Shown here: piece after piece, positions 39,157 to 52,400 of the stretch
Position numbering within the stretch: position 1 is the stretch's first letter
Layout: every line of letters starts with the position of its first letter
Assembly (NCBI RefSeq): GCF_002113885.1
Contig: NW_018404023.1
Location: 97,113 to 161,112, forward strand
Reading direction: 5' to 3'
Source: Mizuhopecten yessoensis
Taxonomy: Eukaryota
DNA: 64,000 bases
Position numbers and translations under genes: made by a program
The notes under the pieces: model-generated
Database searches by the model: none
What the model was told of the DNA's origin: nothing
The model's input: only the letters and a program-made list of their open reading frames with translations

Positions 39157-39744
39157 CTTGTGGTAAAACACACTGTTGTTGCCGTGTAGGTGATCAGTTC
39201 ACTATTAATAAATAAATGTTACCAATTATGTAAATGAGATGTTGTCTCTCTCTCTCTATATATATATCTACAATCTCTGTATATTGCTTGTATATGTAAT
39301 TTGTTCGTGATCTCAGTTATAATCTATTCCCTGTACCATTCACACCTGTAAATAACTTGAAAGACACCTGGTCAGAACATAAATAACTACCTCATCCTTT
39401 TACCATTATATAGACCCAATACCTGTGTCCTACATCATGTGCTTACAAAAGGGGGTGAATAGTTGAATTATTATGCATAAACATTATTGTTTCTTGGACA
39501 CCGTTAAGCTTTCATCAGGGTCGAGGTAATCAAAGTCTGGTTAGCTTAACGAGGCGTTAATTCAATTGTTCAAAATTTGATTCAAGAGAACCTTCTAGAA
39601 AGTCATAATATAACCATTTTGAAACTTTACACAAACAACTTAAGTTTTGAATTTGAATATTTCTAAAAATAAACAAGTAAAAATATTTCATTATGTTCTT
39701 CCTAAACTACTTTGGGTTTGAACAACTCGGCACAGAACTCAGGC

Positions 39745-39805
39745 TTAACTCATTCACCTTTGAATTGGAAGAGTTCAAATATGTCTTCTGGGGTGAAGGA
39801 GTTAA
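39745..39805 (+). mobile_element. piggyBac-like MITE subfamily B, internally deleted
   Basis: ttaa-ctcattcacc...ggggtgaaggag-ttaa. Confidence 0.7.
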
Positions 39806-40555
39806 GTGTGGAGTCTGTTATAATCAAATCTGTCTTGAATCACAACATAAATTATTTACCTTTTTAGACCTCAAACATAAAATAAACAGTAGATTTGGAA
39901 TTAAAAACATTATTTACCTTATATTAATTTTGTCCCAAAACTTTTTGATGAAAAATAGTTTTCAACGTTAAGTTTGTCTACACTGCAATATAAGAATATA
40001 ATGACAAATAAAAATTTCTTTTAAAAATTTCACCAATAAAAATGAAAATGATACGATATACATACCGACATAATTACTGTTATAATATCTACCAAGTCAT
40101 ATTCTCTGGATATAAATGGTAAGTTTGGCACAAAGAGGCATTCATTTCAATTTTCTATATACAAAATATATTCTTACATATATACACAATTACATATCTA
40201 CATCAATATACACTCAACTTCGTACACAAAAACAGTCAAATATTGAATTCTATTTCATGCAAAATAAAAAATGTTATTCTCTTTTCACAAATAAAAACAG
40301 ACAAGGAAAACATTCAAATATCATTTCAAACTAAAAGGTTACTATCCAATGACGAATAAAAATGTTAACGTTTCAATAATCCCAATAAAAGTCTGCAGGC
40401 CGTATTGGAGAGGTTTTGTTTGATAATTGATGATTCATGATCTGACGTTATATTCATGGCGTGAAAAATAAGAAAGATGAAATGATGTCATTTGAATTGC
40501 GTTTTGTTATAGCTCCCTTGCATACAATTATACAGAAAACAATGCACAAGAAATA

Positions 40556-43405
40556 TCAGCACTTTGACGACTGCACAACTTGAGTTCTTCTGATTGGTCG
40601 ATTATTATCCCTCCCAAAGAAACTCCTCCCAGGGAGTTGTCCCCCTTGGGTTGAGGACTTGGACAAGTCCTTAAGCCCTATAGGTCCGTTCACACTATCA
40701 TTATTGGGGGAAGGATTCACACTCTTTCTACTGAAAACTGACGTCTGACCTTGACCTGCGTGACCATTGGCAACAGGGCCCTGTTTGGGCACACTGCCAT
40801 TGGGGTAGAAAGAGCCCTGGGAGACATAGCCGTTACTATGGGGACCAGCCCCTTTAGGTACGCCACCGTTCTGATGCTGTCGACTACGATAATTTGGCAT
40901 TTTGAAGTCACTCATGTTCAACTTAACAACGCCCTTCACTGGGACAGGGCCTGATTTGATTGGACGGTAGGGGTGAGGGGAGTTGCCCTCAAGGTCACTG
41001 GGTTCAGAATCCGAGAAGCTGACACGTTTATGAGGTCTCTTTTTACTGGTAGCCCTTGCAGAGGCTGGCGAACTGTTGAGAATGGATTTGGTCCTCCTGC
41101 CTGTTGACATGTGCTGGTAGGGACTGTTACGGGAGGCAGTTGATGATGTGGGACTGGCGGACTGAGGGAATGGACTCCCTCCTCCCGATGCTGTGGAGGC
41201 CACCGGGCTGCCTGACTGGTAGTACTGGTTGTGTTGTGAAACCGAGGATGATGTACTGCTGCTCGAGTGTTGGTACATGTGACCTTGAGTTGGAATAGAG
41301 GTCACGTTACAACCGCTACTTGCGTGGAGGAACACATCATCACGTTCTGGTGTCCCTGGTGTTGTCGGTGCACTGGAATAGTAGCCCGTTGGCTGTGAGG
41401 ACTGAGAAATAGAGTTCGGTGTGGAAGAAGTCTGAGGCTGCAGTGGAAGAGTGCCAGGTTTGGAGTCCACGTACTGGCCTGTGTAGCGATTATCATTGAC
41501 TCCTACATTGTACTGCTGCTCAAACTGTGAGGGTACACCTTTGATACTCTGGCCAGGGTTTGAGGGTGTTGAGGTACTAAACCCGCTATGATATTGACCA
41601 CTGGCCAGAGACACTGGACTATCAGGCTGATGATACTGACCACTCCCCTGAGATGACCCCAGACTGTCCGGACTGGTACGTGAACCCCCAGTAGGGGTAG
41701 AGCTGCGACTATTTGAATTGTACGTATTATGCTGTGTTGGACTTCGCCCTCTAAGAAGCTGGGCTGTCCTAACTGCCTGACTGTATGGCGGGGGCAATCC
41801 CGTGGGACTCCTCCGACTAAAGTTTGTGTCACCCTCTACGGCAGTGTTCACACCCGACTCACCAGACCGTTTCTGGAACATTCCATTGAGGTCAGGTACA
41901 GAATTAAAGTACGGCCGGTGAATGACCGACTGGACAGACGAGCCGGTAGAACAAAGACTACTCGTACTGGTGGCACTGTCCGGCCGCATGGCCACACCTG
42001 CCACGCCATTATTCACATTCCTCTTGGAAGATGCAGCTTTAGGCTTAAAACTACTGAAGCTCATTTGATTGGCTGAGTAGGGATTACCAGTGCTGCCCCC
42101 TGTTTTAGATGACTTCCGTAAATCTGGCATGCTCTTGTGACCCAAATCTGACATGCCGTTACCGGGAACCGTTCTCCTTGTGACAACATAGGAAATGTCA
42201 TTGTCGTCCATGCTGGAAGATTGCTGACTCACGGAAAGGTCGTTCTCAGATATGCCTTTCAGGGACTGCATACTATAATAACTAGCTCGGGTTGGACTGT
42301 TTTGATTAGAATTATCCTCCTGGATATTTGCTATAGAGTTAGACTTTGGCAGTACCTTAGGTTTGGAGGGGACAGGGGGCGGTACTTTGTTAGGCCTCGG
42401 TGCTGTCTGAGGTCGTACCTGAGGCGTAGAAGAGCTATGCACATCCTTAGTACTGTGAGTATCACCTGATGTTTGGTCCTGTACAGTAGAAGGTTTAGTA
42501 AACGCACTGATTTGTGAAGAATTCTGAAACTGCTGTCGCATGAAACGAGTGTTAGACTGAGATGCAAGAAAACTCTGCATTTGTAATCCTTCAAGAATGC
42601 CCTTCTGTGGGCCGAGGTCTTTCATAACCTTCATTGCGACCTCGTGAGGGTCTAACTGCGAGCTTGTAGCGTCCATGCTTTGCTGACTTGTGTCGCTCTG
42701 ATTTGAGGACGTCACCTCCGAGTTAATCCCCGATTCACTTGACATTAACGTGTGGTCGAGCTGTGATGACATCAGAGGTAAATTTTTGTTCATGTTTTGA
42801 GAAGGCATGAACTGATCACTTATTCCACTTGTGTCGGACATATCTGACTGTCGAGTTCCATCGTGCCTTTGGAACATGTCGTCTGCCTGACTACTATCCG
42901 AGTAAGAATTCCTCTTCTGGTCCTCTAACAGGGCCGAATCCTCACTTAAGTTACTTGTGTAGGACATGGCCGACATCCGTACATCGTCTGCTCTATCGAA
43001 CGAATACGTCTCACTCTGATGACTGGTTTGTCTACTCAAAGAATATTCTTCAGTCGTGAGATCAGGACTTGTTTCCTTTCCCTCCGTAAGTTGATACTGA
43101 TCAGCTCCGGGAATCTGGTTGTCCGACTCGGAATTTGTCCGAAGTTCGGGAAGTGTGCTGCTCTCACTCTCGGAGTTTGTTGACACCTGCATCCTATTGT
43201 CCCAGCTGTCGCGTCCATCTACATCACTTTCACTGTTCTCACTTATCTCCTGGATACCATTCATGTCGGCCATCAGGTTCATGTTCGAGCTTGACCCCGG
43301 GGGATACATGTTGCGGACACGGCTCTGGTGTTGGAGATTCATGGCAGGGTCAGATACGTTGGCCTTCTTCGCTTTTCTGTAAACCTGTCGGCCAGACAAT
43401 CCACC
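40556..43405 (-). CDS. TTC28: TTC28 terminal exon, S/Q/P/G-rich disordered tail
   Basis: Acceptor gttttAG|GGT, phase 0, 950 codons to TGA. Confidence 0.85.
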   Translation of the reverse strand, partial: GGLSGRQVYRKAKKANVSDPAMNLQHQSRVRNMYPPGSSSNMNLMADMNGIQEISENSESDVDGRDSWDNRMQVSTNSESESSTLPELRTNSESDNQIPGADQYQLTEGKETSPDLTTEEYSLSRQTSHQSETYSFDRADDVRMSAMSYTSNLSEDSALLEDQKRNSYSDSSQADDMFQRHDGTRQSDMSDTSGISDQFMPSQNMNKNLPLMSSQLDHTLMSSESGINSEVTSSNQSDTSQQSMDATSSQLDPHEVAMKVMKDLGPQKGILEGLQMQSFLASQSNTRFMRQQFQNSSQISAFTKPSTVQDQTSGDTHSTKDVHSSSTPQVRPQTAPRPNKVPPPVPSKPKVLPKSNSIANIQEDNSNQNSPTRASYYSMQSLKGISENDLSVSQQSSSMDDNDISYVVTRRTVPGNGMSDLGHKSMPDLRKSSKTGGSTGNPYSANQMSFSSFKPKAASSKRNVNNGVAGVAMRPDSATSTSSLCSTGSSVQSVIHRPYFNSVPDLNGMFQKRSGESGVNTAVEGDTNFSRRSPTGLPPPYSQAVRTAQLLRGRSPTQHNTYNSNSRSSTPTGGSRTSPDSLGSSQGSGQYHQPDSPVSLASGQYHSGFSTSTPSNPGQSIKGVPSQFEQQYNVGVNDNRYTGQYVDSKPGTLPLQPQTSSTPNSISQSSQPTGYYSSAPTTPGTPERDDVFLHASSGCNVTSIPTQGHMYQHSSSSTSSSVSQHNQYYQSGSPVASTASGGGSPFPQSASPTSSTASRNSPYQHMSTGRRTKSILNSSPASARATSKKRPHKRVSFSDSEPSDLEGNSPHPYRPIKSGPVPVKGVVKLNMSDFKMPNYRSRQHQNGGVPKGAGPHSNGYVSQGSFYPNGSVPKQGPVANGHAGQGQTSVFSRKSVNPSPNNDSVNGPIGLKDLSKSSTQGGQLPGRSFFGRDNNRPIRRTQVVQSSKC

Positions 43406-46400
43406 CTAAAACACAGAAAAAAAGTGATTCCTTTAACTATAAAAGCACACACGTTCAGTCTGATTTTCATAAAATAATTCTCTGCGAAAAAATCAAAATG
43501 TTTAAAGATGATTTAAATAAATTTATAAAGATTTGGTGCTGAATAAAAAAGTCTTTCATGATGATTTTAAAAAAAATTAGATAATAAGTTACTAGTCTTC
43601 TTAAGAACGTAATGAAATGACAATGATTCCATGCCTATATTACAAAATTTGAAAAGTTTGTGAGACAAAAATTCACCTTTGACCACCGGGATTGACCAAT
43701 AAATAGTAATAGTGACCTTGATGTTGTCCTTTGAACCCTAAAATACTGTTTACTGGGAAATGTTTGCCACAGTTAAAGTCTAGCCTTTTTCACCCTCTGC
43801 AATAGGGGGGAATTTATCATGACAGCGAATATAAGCAGACAGCATACCAAATATGCTATTACATGTTAAGGGCGAAATTAATACTGGGTGGACATGGATT
43901 CAACTTTACTGGTGAAAGACGAACATTTTCCTGCATACAGCATAAACACATCCGAGACATTCTCATACTTGACATTTTTTTTTTAAATTTTGATGAAAAT
44001 CTGTTATTGACCGGATCATGACAATGAATAGTGATATGACAGAATAGGATGCAATCGGCCACAACAGAACGGACATGGGTTACATCATATTCCTCCAAAT
44101 AAAATGGCGGAGGGGGGCATACAGATAATGTCAAGTTCATGATTATCAACAGGTGATCGTCTATACATCAAGTAAAAGACAAATGAAGCCCATGCTTTGA
44201 AATTTCTTCTCTCTTACCTGATTCATGAGCTGCATCTTGTTCATAATCCTCATCTTCTCCATCTCGGCTGGATTGAAGAGTGACTTTTTGCGTGAGCCCC
44301 GCGGTGAGATGGGTGGGGTGCTGCCCTTGGAGAAGTTAGAGGTTGAGGTGGATCCGCTGTGTGATGAGGACAGACTCTCCAGACTGCTGGAGCTGTCCAC
44401 CGACAGAGACTTGGGGGCCTCCTGAGTGTCTGAAAACAAACAAGGTCAAGGTCAAATGGATGTTAACCCTTCAAGGTCATCTACCAACCATATTTCATTA
44501 TTTGGAGAAATATTGAAAGTTATTAATTTGTTGCAATTAATACATTGTTTTACTTCCAAAATTGTTTTATTAATGAAAACATGTCTGGATAATTAATTTG
44601 TCACTTGATGTTTTCTTATTTTTCTTGCATTATCAGCAAACACTGAATAAGACTTGGTTAGACCTGTTAAAAGTTCTCTAAATTCTTTAAACAATTAATT
44701 TGTTATTCAGTTTTTTTCTCTCAGTGACTCACCGAAAACAGCGACCAGACTCTGTAAAGCGAACTGTAGCTGTCGTCTGTTTGCTTGCTTCCCTAAACGG
44801 AGGGTAACCTCATCCTGACCGACTTCCACAAGGTCAAGTCCTGTAAATACACCAAGCCATAGAACATTAAGTTACAAGTAGGACTGTTTTATATTACCAT
44901 CAGAAATCAACTTACAATGTCTTATATCTATTGATCTATCTTAAAATGCTTTTTGATATGCTGATGAAGCACTTTTTCAACAAATGTATTGTTATATGTC
45001 TAAGCATAAATCTGTAAAATTTTCACACCTCTATCAGACTCTCTGTTAGGTAACTGTATCACATAACTGCACCATTCAGACCTCCTGTGCGCTACCATCT
45101 AGGCCAATGAGAATTCTTCCTTTATAAGGTTATACAACTTGTTTCATAATTATAATGAAAATAAAAAAGTTATAATTTGGTTACATACATTTCTATGTTA
45201 TTAGACCCTGTGTAAAACCCTTCAGCCTGTACAAGACATTCAGCAAGGCTCAACGGAAATAATGTCTTTGTTAATAAAACCTGTATAATCTAAAAATCTG
45301 TGTATTCTGAACAAAGTTATGTGTGTTACTAACTGTCCCTGTAGCCCGCATTACATACCTAGAGACGCCAGGAACTCGTGACAACCTGGTACTCCCCATA
45401 GCTTCACATTTATCTGTACATCAATGTTGCTTTCCTTGGCGGCCATCTTGCTAAGTATATCTCTCATCTTTAAAAGGAAATGAACAAATTCATGAAATAT
45501 GTCTTTTGTGAAATTTCTCTTTATTATCACTTTAAAAAACGTACAAGAATCATCACAAAAAACTAACTCAGACACCTAAATTTAAATGTAAAATTCGGAA
45601 AAACATTAAGTCCAATAAAATATCTTGCAAACATCTTTTATATTAGAATAGTCCCTGCCATATGAAAATATGGTAGTTAAGGGTTAATTGAAGTTCAATG
45701 AGACTTTATTTATGAGATAAACCGAATCGACCATATAACGGAAGTGTCATGTGACCTACCACTCGGATGTTGGCCTCTCCTGCTTCGTAATTAGATAAGA
45801 ACTTGGATAAAGCTGCCAGAGAGCTGGGAGGTAGTCCTGTAAAGAATCATCATGTCCATGAACACATTAAAAACTGCACCATAATTTGTCTTTTTGATAT
45901 TATTAACAGTTTTAGCTTCATAATGTCAGATTGAGAAAAATTTGCATCCAGATTTATTTTTAGATATATGCATTTTTTATTTAACTTGTTTTTTTCCATT
46001 TTTTTTAAAAATGAAACTTTTTATAAATGTAATGCATCACATTTGTTGTCAATGGCAGACACATCTTCATCTTAAAATTCAATGTATGGACTAGTAGGAC
46101 TAAGTTATGTACATTCTCATGGTAAGTGGTATATACATTAGAAATGAACAGAACTAATACAAATGATTGTCAAGCATAGTTCTTAAACCAAACGCTCCCT
46201 GGAGCTATGACAACATACCTAGAAGAGCCTGTTGCTATATGACAACATAGCTAGCAGACCCTGTTGCTATGACAATATACCTAGAAGAACCTGTTGCTAT
46301 AATGACAACATACCTAGAAGAGCCTGTTGCTATATGACAACATACCTAGAAGAGCCTGTTGCTATGACAACATACCTAGAAGAACCTGTTGCTATGACAA

Positions 46401-49400
46401 CATACCTAGAAGAACCTGTTGCTATGAAAACATACCTAGAAGAGCCTGAAGACTTGCACTGGCCTGTGTGAGTCTGTCTCCTGGGTCAGTCTGAGGGAAG
46501 AACACTGCAGGGGGTAGTCCATTACTGGCAGACTCGAACCGGAAACCCACAGCCTGGAGCAGGTCCTTCCAGCCGGGGATAGCACCGACCTTGTTCTCGA
46601 TCGATTGGCTAGTTGTGTACATGGAGTTCTTTATACCCTGGTGAATTCTCTGGAGCGATTTTTCAATCTGTATGATGAAAAGGTAAAAGTTAATAAAAGT
46701 AAACTCAAAAAATTACAAACATGCAGACTTGAGTTCTTTGAAGTGGTTAATTACCAGTTTATAATTACTTGTTTTTGAAACTTCAGAATTCTTTTATATC
46801 TTCAACATGGTTCACATAGATTTATAGAAAAAATTCAAGCATTCAATGAACTCTCTTTTTTTTATAACTTAAATTTATATAAACACAAAACCTTCATAGA
46901 AAAGAAAAAATGTTTCAGTCTTCAGTAAATATACTTGTATATAATGAAATAGCAAACATGAAAAAATACTGACTGCCAAGCCCTATACTTCTTTAATAAG
47001 CCCAAGTAGGCAAAAAGGCCTTGAGGTCAAATTTATTATTTGATATTTTCCTTTGCAAGGAAATTTTACTGTTTTAAAAAAAAATATCTATATCACTAGG
47101 ATACATCCGTTTTCTTGTACATTTCAGTATATGACCTCAATACATCAGCACATTTGATAGCCTGTATTAATTAACTATGTATAAACTTTACAAGGCAAGC
47201 GTAAGAGTTGCTTCCCTTGCTATATTATCTTGGTCTCAAAAATTACACTGAACTTACCAGATGGAGGAGGACTCGCATGGCCTCGCGACAGGCAGTGGGG
47301 ACTTGCAGGATTTCACAAATGGCATGACCCATGAGGGCAACTTTACTGCTGAGTTTAACGTCATGTCCCACGAGGACCCAGCCACCCCAGTTGGACGGAT
47401 GGGAGAATTGCTTGGTACACTGGACGGACTTGATGGCGCTTGACAGGGCCTGGGTGACCTGATGGCCTTCCTGTAATGAGGAGTACATTGTCCTCATCAA
47501 CAGTTTGGCAGCCTGGTCAGGCACCGGCCAAAGCGAATATAACACACTCTGAGCTCCAGCTGACAGAAGAGCTCTTGTAAGTCCCACAACTCCGTCGGAA
47601 TTGATCCTTCCTGCTCTGTCGTCTGTGTAACCTGAGCTCAGTACAACAAGTTTGGCGTGGAGTTTCAGATTGAGGATGTCAGCCGCTGTGAGCAGGTACT
47701 CGGACAGAGAAGGTCCGTCAAAATTACTTATATCACTGGAACTATCGTCGGAGTCTATTGTGGGAAATCTATGGGAAGTAGAAATATTATCTCCAGGTGA
47801 AAGCACTATGGAGGCAAGTTTCCATGACAGATGAGTTGCAAAATGAACCACTTCAACTTGCTCTATCTGATGTAGCACTGCCGCTTTGGTCGCGTCCCGC
47901 CCAATAAGAGGGCGACAAGTCAAGAGCTCGCTCACAATTCTTGCTTCATATTCTGCACTTGGAATCTCCTTCAGGTGCCAGTGTTGAGTAAAGTTCGGGG
48001 ACAGTTTCGGATTTCCGACCACTATTGCACCAGATGAGTCTATTACGGGGCGTCCTTGTTTGTCTTGTTTCTTAGCATTTTGTAATGCAGTCACTGACGG
48101 CATAACGCTCAGATTAAACCGTTCAAACATGTACTCCTCCGTCTGATCCTTTCGGAGGACAGAGAAGGGTATGAGGTAAAGCTCCCCCTGGAGGACGAGT
48201 ACCAGGTCCACAGGGCCCATTCCCCACTCCTCCGTGGCCTGCGTCAGCGCTTCCTCCATGGGCTCAATCAGAAGCTGATACAAGGCACTTATCGGTGCCT
48301 TGGTATTATTGCTAGTTTTGTTGCGTAGACTGTTTTTGCGGTTCATGGAGTGAAAACTGGCACTGAGTCCGTTCATGCTGACCGAAAGACTGAAAAGACT
48401 GCTGAGACTGTAGTTACTACTGTTGTATTTGTGGTTACGATTGACCATGCGTAAGAACCCTGTTCGGTCGTTTTCGGCATTGAGTTTGTCACCGAGTTCC
48501 TCCAGGTGCTGCTGCCAAACATCGTCTCCCTCGCTGTCCGAGTCACAACCCACACCTTTAGATGTCAGGGAAGCTCTGGAGAAAAACAACACACATATAC
48601 TTTATTTTAACAGTTAACACTGATTGCAATAATAAAAATAAAAATAAAATATTAGTGTCAAATTTGTTTCCTGTAAGATAAATAATCAGCCCAACACCTT
48701 TGGATGTCAGGGAAGCTCTGGAGAAAAATACAACACACGTCTACTTTATTTTACCAGTTAACACTCACAACAATAATCAAAAATAAAATACCATTTTAGT
48801 GTCTTTAGTGCCATATAAAATATAAAAAAAGAACAAAAAATATTGATAATTTTTTAGGAAGAGTTACCTCCCTTAGAACTTAAACTCGTGTAAATTCAAA
48901 GTTGATGAAGCCACTGACCTTGATGAATAGTTGTCGATGCCCATGGACTCGCGGACTTGACCTACGTACTGGTCAAGCACTGAAGATGACCCGAAACTGA
49001 CGCTCTTCATACTGAGTGTATCACTAAAAGATTCCCCGTCAATGTTTTCCAGATCAGCCATGTTGGCCTCGTGGAACTTCACGATACCTGTAATACAAAA
49101 TATTATCGTACAGAAAAAAGGTACAAAATTGATTTCAAAAGTACACCTTTCGACTGTTACAATGAAATTGAACAAGGAAATAGAGTGTTTATTTACTTAA
49201 ATAACATGTTATTCACTAAAACTAGGAAATTGCTGTAACTGGTAAATGAACATGTTATTACCAGGAAATTTTCACTGCTGATTATCAGTAATTTCATATT
49301 CTTTTACTTTCCGCAAAAAGGATGAATTATCATGCAGTTACATTTGAACAGTGAAAAATTAACTCTGGCGATTGGTGAATATCTGACTGGGCTAAATCTT

Positions 49401-52400
49401 CCTGGTGTCAGTATATTCTCTTGAAATCAAGGCAACTCTAGTTGCCAGGCATTCTCTTTTAGTTTTCGTATATAGAATTTCCTAACATAGCACTCCCAAG
49501 CCGTACCTTGTTTTGGCGTGAGGAGCCAGCTGTAGAGATAGCCGGCAGCAATGCTGTAGTAGAGTACGAGAGACTTCTGTTTGGTGACGATATTGACGAT
49601 CTGGTCGGTAGTGATGGGGGGAGGGTCGACGTTACCTCGGTATAGACCCTCCGACCCTGCCTGACGCTCCAGTAGGTAATCAATGAAAGCCCGCGTACAT
49701 GCACGCTCTGCTATCACCAGCGCCTCCTCGTGTTGGCCGAGGGAAACCAGCACCCTCTGGAACAAAGATTTAAGCACACTATAAATGTATTGGAACTAAT
49801 ATTGTTTTAATAGACAAACAAACTCCAAAAGTTTCAAAAACAATTGAAGGATTCGAGATTTGGCAAAAAAACTAGTAAATAAGTATACATTTTAAATGCA
49901 TTATACATATTTTCAAGGTACAAGTAAAACTCTAAACTATCAAAACATAAAAACATGTGCTCTTGCTGTAATTTCAAGGATGCCCAATTTTTTACTCCGA
50001 CCTATTATCTTCAATAATTAGTATAATCATCAATACATTCATACAGTCTACACAAAGCTGAAACAAATTCATATAATATATAATTCAATAACAGTTCTGG
50101 CACCGTCAACGAATGCTGTCATTAGCAGTAAGTACACAAAGTTACATTATCATGAAATTCTTATTACTTCCTATTTCTTCATAAAATATGATTACTACGA
50201 ACAATAATCTCTGGTTATTTTAAGTAAAACTGCTGTCCGGTTCCTTCCAGCGGTGGGTGTATACGGCGTGTGTACAACGGACGTGCCAAATGCTTCATAA
50301 AGTTGCTCAACAGTTCTTTATTTAAAACAGGCTAATTCATTATAGCTGTACCAATGCATACAGAGGTACTTATTAATTTAGCTTGAAAAGAATTCTGACT
50401 TCATCAGCAATTCTATTTTTCCCGGATTCCAGAAGTAACAGTGCTAATGTTTTTCCTTCAGAAGATTTCTTTGATGTCGAAATGGATAAAACATGCATCT
50501 GCTTTCTCATTTGTTGTAGAATGTTTTTGGACAGGGATTTTATCACAAAATGACTAGTTATATGTTGAAATTATCTGTAAGTAAGACAAATTACAAGGTC
50601 AAGGTCAAAAAACAAAATTGATGACAGCCTATTAATATAACATTAGATCATATCATGCCTATAGACCCATAGACTGTTTCTGTGTATGAAATTTGTTGGA
50701 GAACTGACCTGCAAGGCTTGGTAGCATGCTGTCTGAAGGTCAAACAAGGACATTTTGTATTCGCTGTTGAATTGTGAGTCGCGTCGGATACTCTCGAAAA
50801 GGTCCGAAGCTTTGTACAGCTGTTGTTGACACTCCTCCAAATCGCCTTTACCCCACAAGGACAGACCAAGGCGATGTCGAATCTTAGCCTCGTCCTCGTG
50901 GCGGCCCAGTTGTTCGGCGATGCGTAACCCCTGGCGGAGGTAGTCTACAGCCTCTGTATGGTTGTTTAGGGCATGGTGCACACGACCTTGAGTAAAAAGA
51001 AAAGATAATGTTATTATTCTTACTGACTATACACAGTGTATAGAATGTGAAATTACATCGTCCAGTTTTCAAAGTTTGATAAATTTATGATTTTACAAAA
51101 AACATAACCCACCTTTTACTTCACATTGCAAATACTACAACTTTTTTGTTATTTTATTGTAGATTAATGCATCTTGCAGAGTATGTTTGAGAGTAAAAAA
51201 TATATATTTCAGCTCACCTAGACTACTGTAAGCAAGAGTTCTAGCGACACTGTCATTCATCTCCGCGGCGATGCTGAGATGCTGTTCCTGGTACTGAATG
51301 GATTCCTTGTAGTTACTAAGGGACTCATGGGATAACCCAAGGTTACCGTAGGCACGACCTGTCCAGCAAAAAAATCAAATCATACATACAGACTTATGTT
51401 AATTTCTACATATTTTGTTACTTTAGCAGCCTATGATATTTATCCCAAAATTTTGAGAAACACAATAATGATTTTGTTTGGCCTAATTCTATAAATATAT
51501 GTATTCAAGCATTTCTTCATTCAACTATAATAATTTCTAACAAACTTGCAAAATGCTGATGCATACTTAAAAAATTCCCTTAAACTTTTCAATTAAACTG
51601 ACATCATGACAAATTAATACCCAACCATAAATAATTCCAGTATGCATAAACCAGAAACAGCAACAATTTAAAACGATCTTGTTCAAAATGTGAACGCTTG
51701 ATCTTCGAAATCAATTCAATATTCTCTTTAAAATAATTTGTATAGAGCCTACCTTTGGTACCAAAGTGTCCTAACACCGAACCCATTCTAGACTACATAT
51801 ACAGCTTCCTATATATACTATAAGGGATGCTTAGCTAAGTGTCCAACACAGATCTTGTGTAGGACAAATGCGACGTTACATGTTCGTTTCTATCTGTACG
51901 AATGTTGATGTTCCCACAGTCCCGCGACATGACATCACGTCAGCCTGGATGACTGCTTCTGTGTTTTAATTACATCTATGAAAACCCATTTTTGAAGAAA
52001 ATATATTGATAATAAACTTTTTTTTTCTCGTAAGGTAAGTCAAACATTGAATTGTAAAGAAAAAATAATATTGATAATAAACTGTTTACTATTAAGTCAA
52101 ACGTTTCATTGATCTTGAGTACAAGGATGATCTGCTTACATTCCCACACTTTGTAAATGTACGTATCTTTTTATCTGCGTGTGGAATCTCTCTGTTATTG
52201 TTACAGTGCAATAATTATTGATGCATCACCCATAGATAGGCTGTAAAATAAAATTATTGAACACCCCAGTGTGTGACTTTCTATATATCTCCCGTGTTGA
52301 TTTCTCGTCACACAATGGTCCCCGATGTCACACTGTTAGTATGTAGGACAGGTGGGCCAGCCTCAGCAGTCCAGGGGACACAACAAACTTATATAAGTAT

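Noticed and set aside
40717-43542. Short overlapping or antisense ORFs in the TTC28 terminal exon (likewise at 47261-48617 and 53641-56007)
   Set aside because: Shadow ORFs of GC-richer coding sequence.
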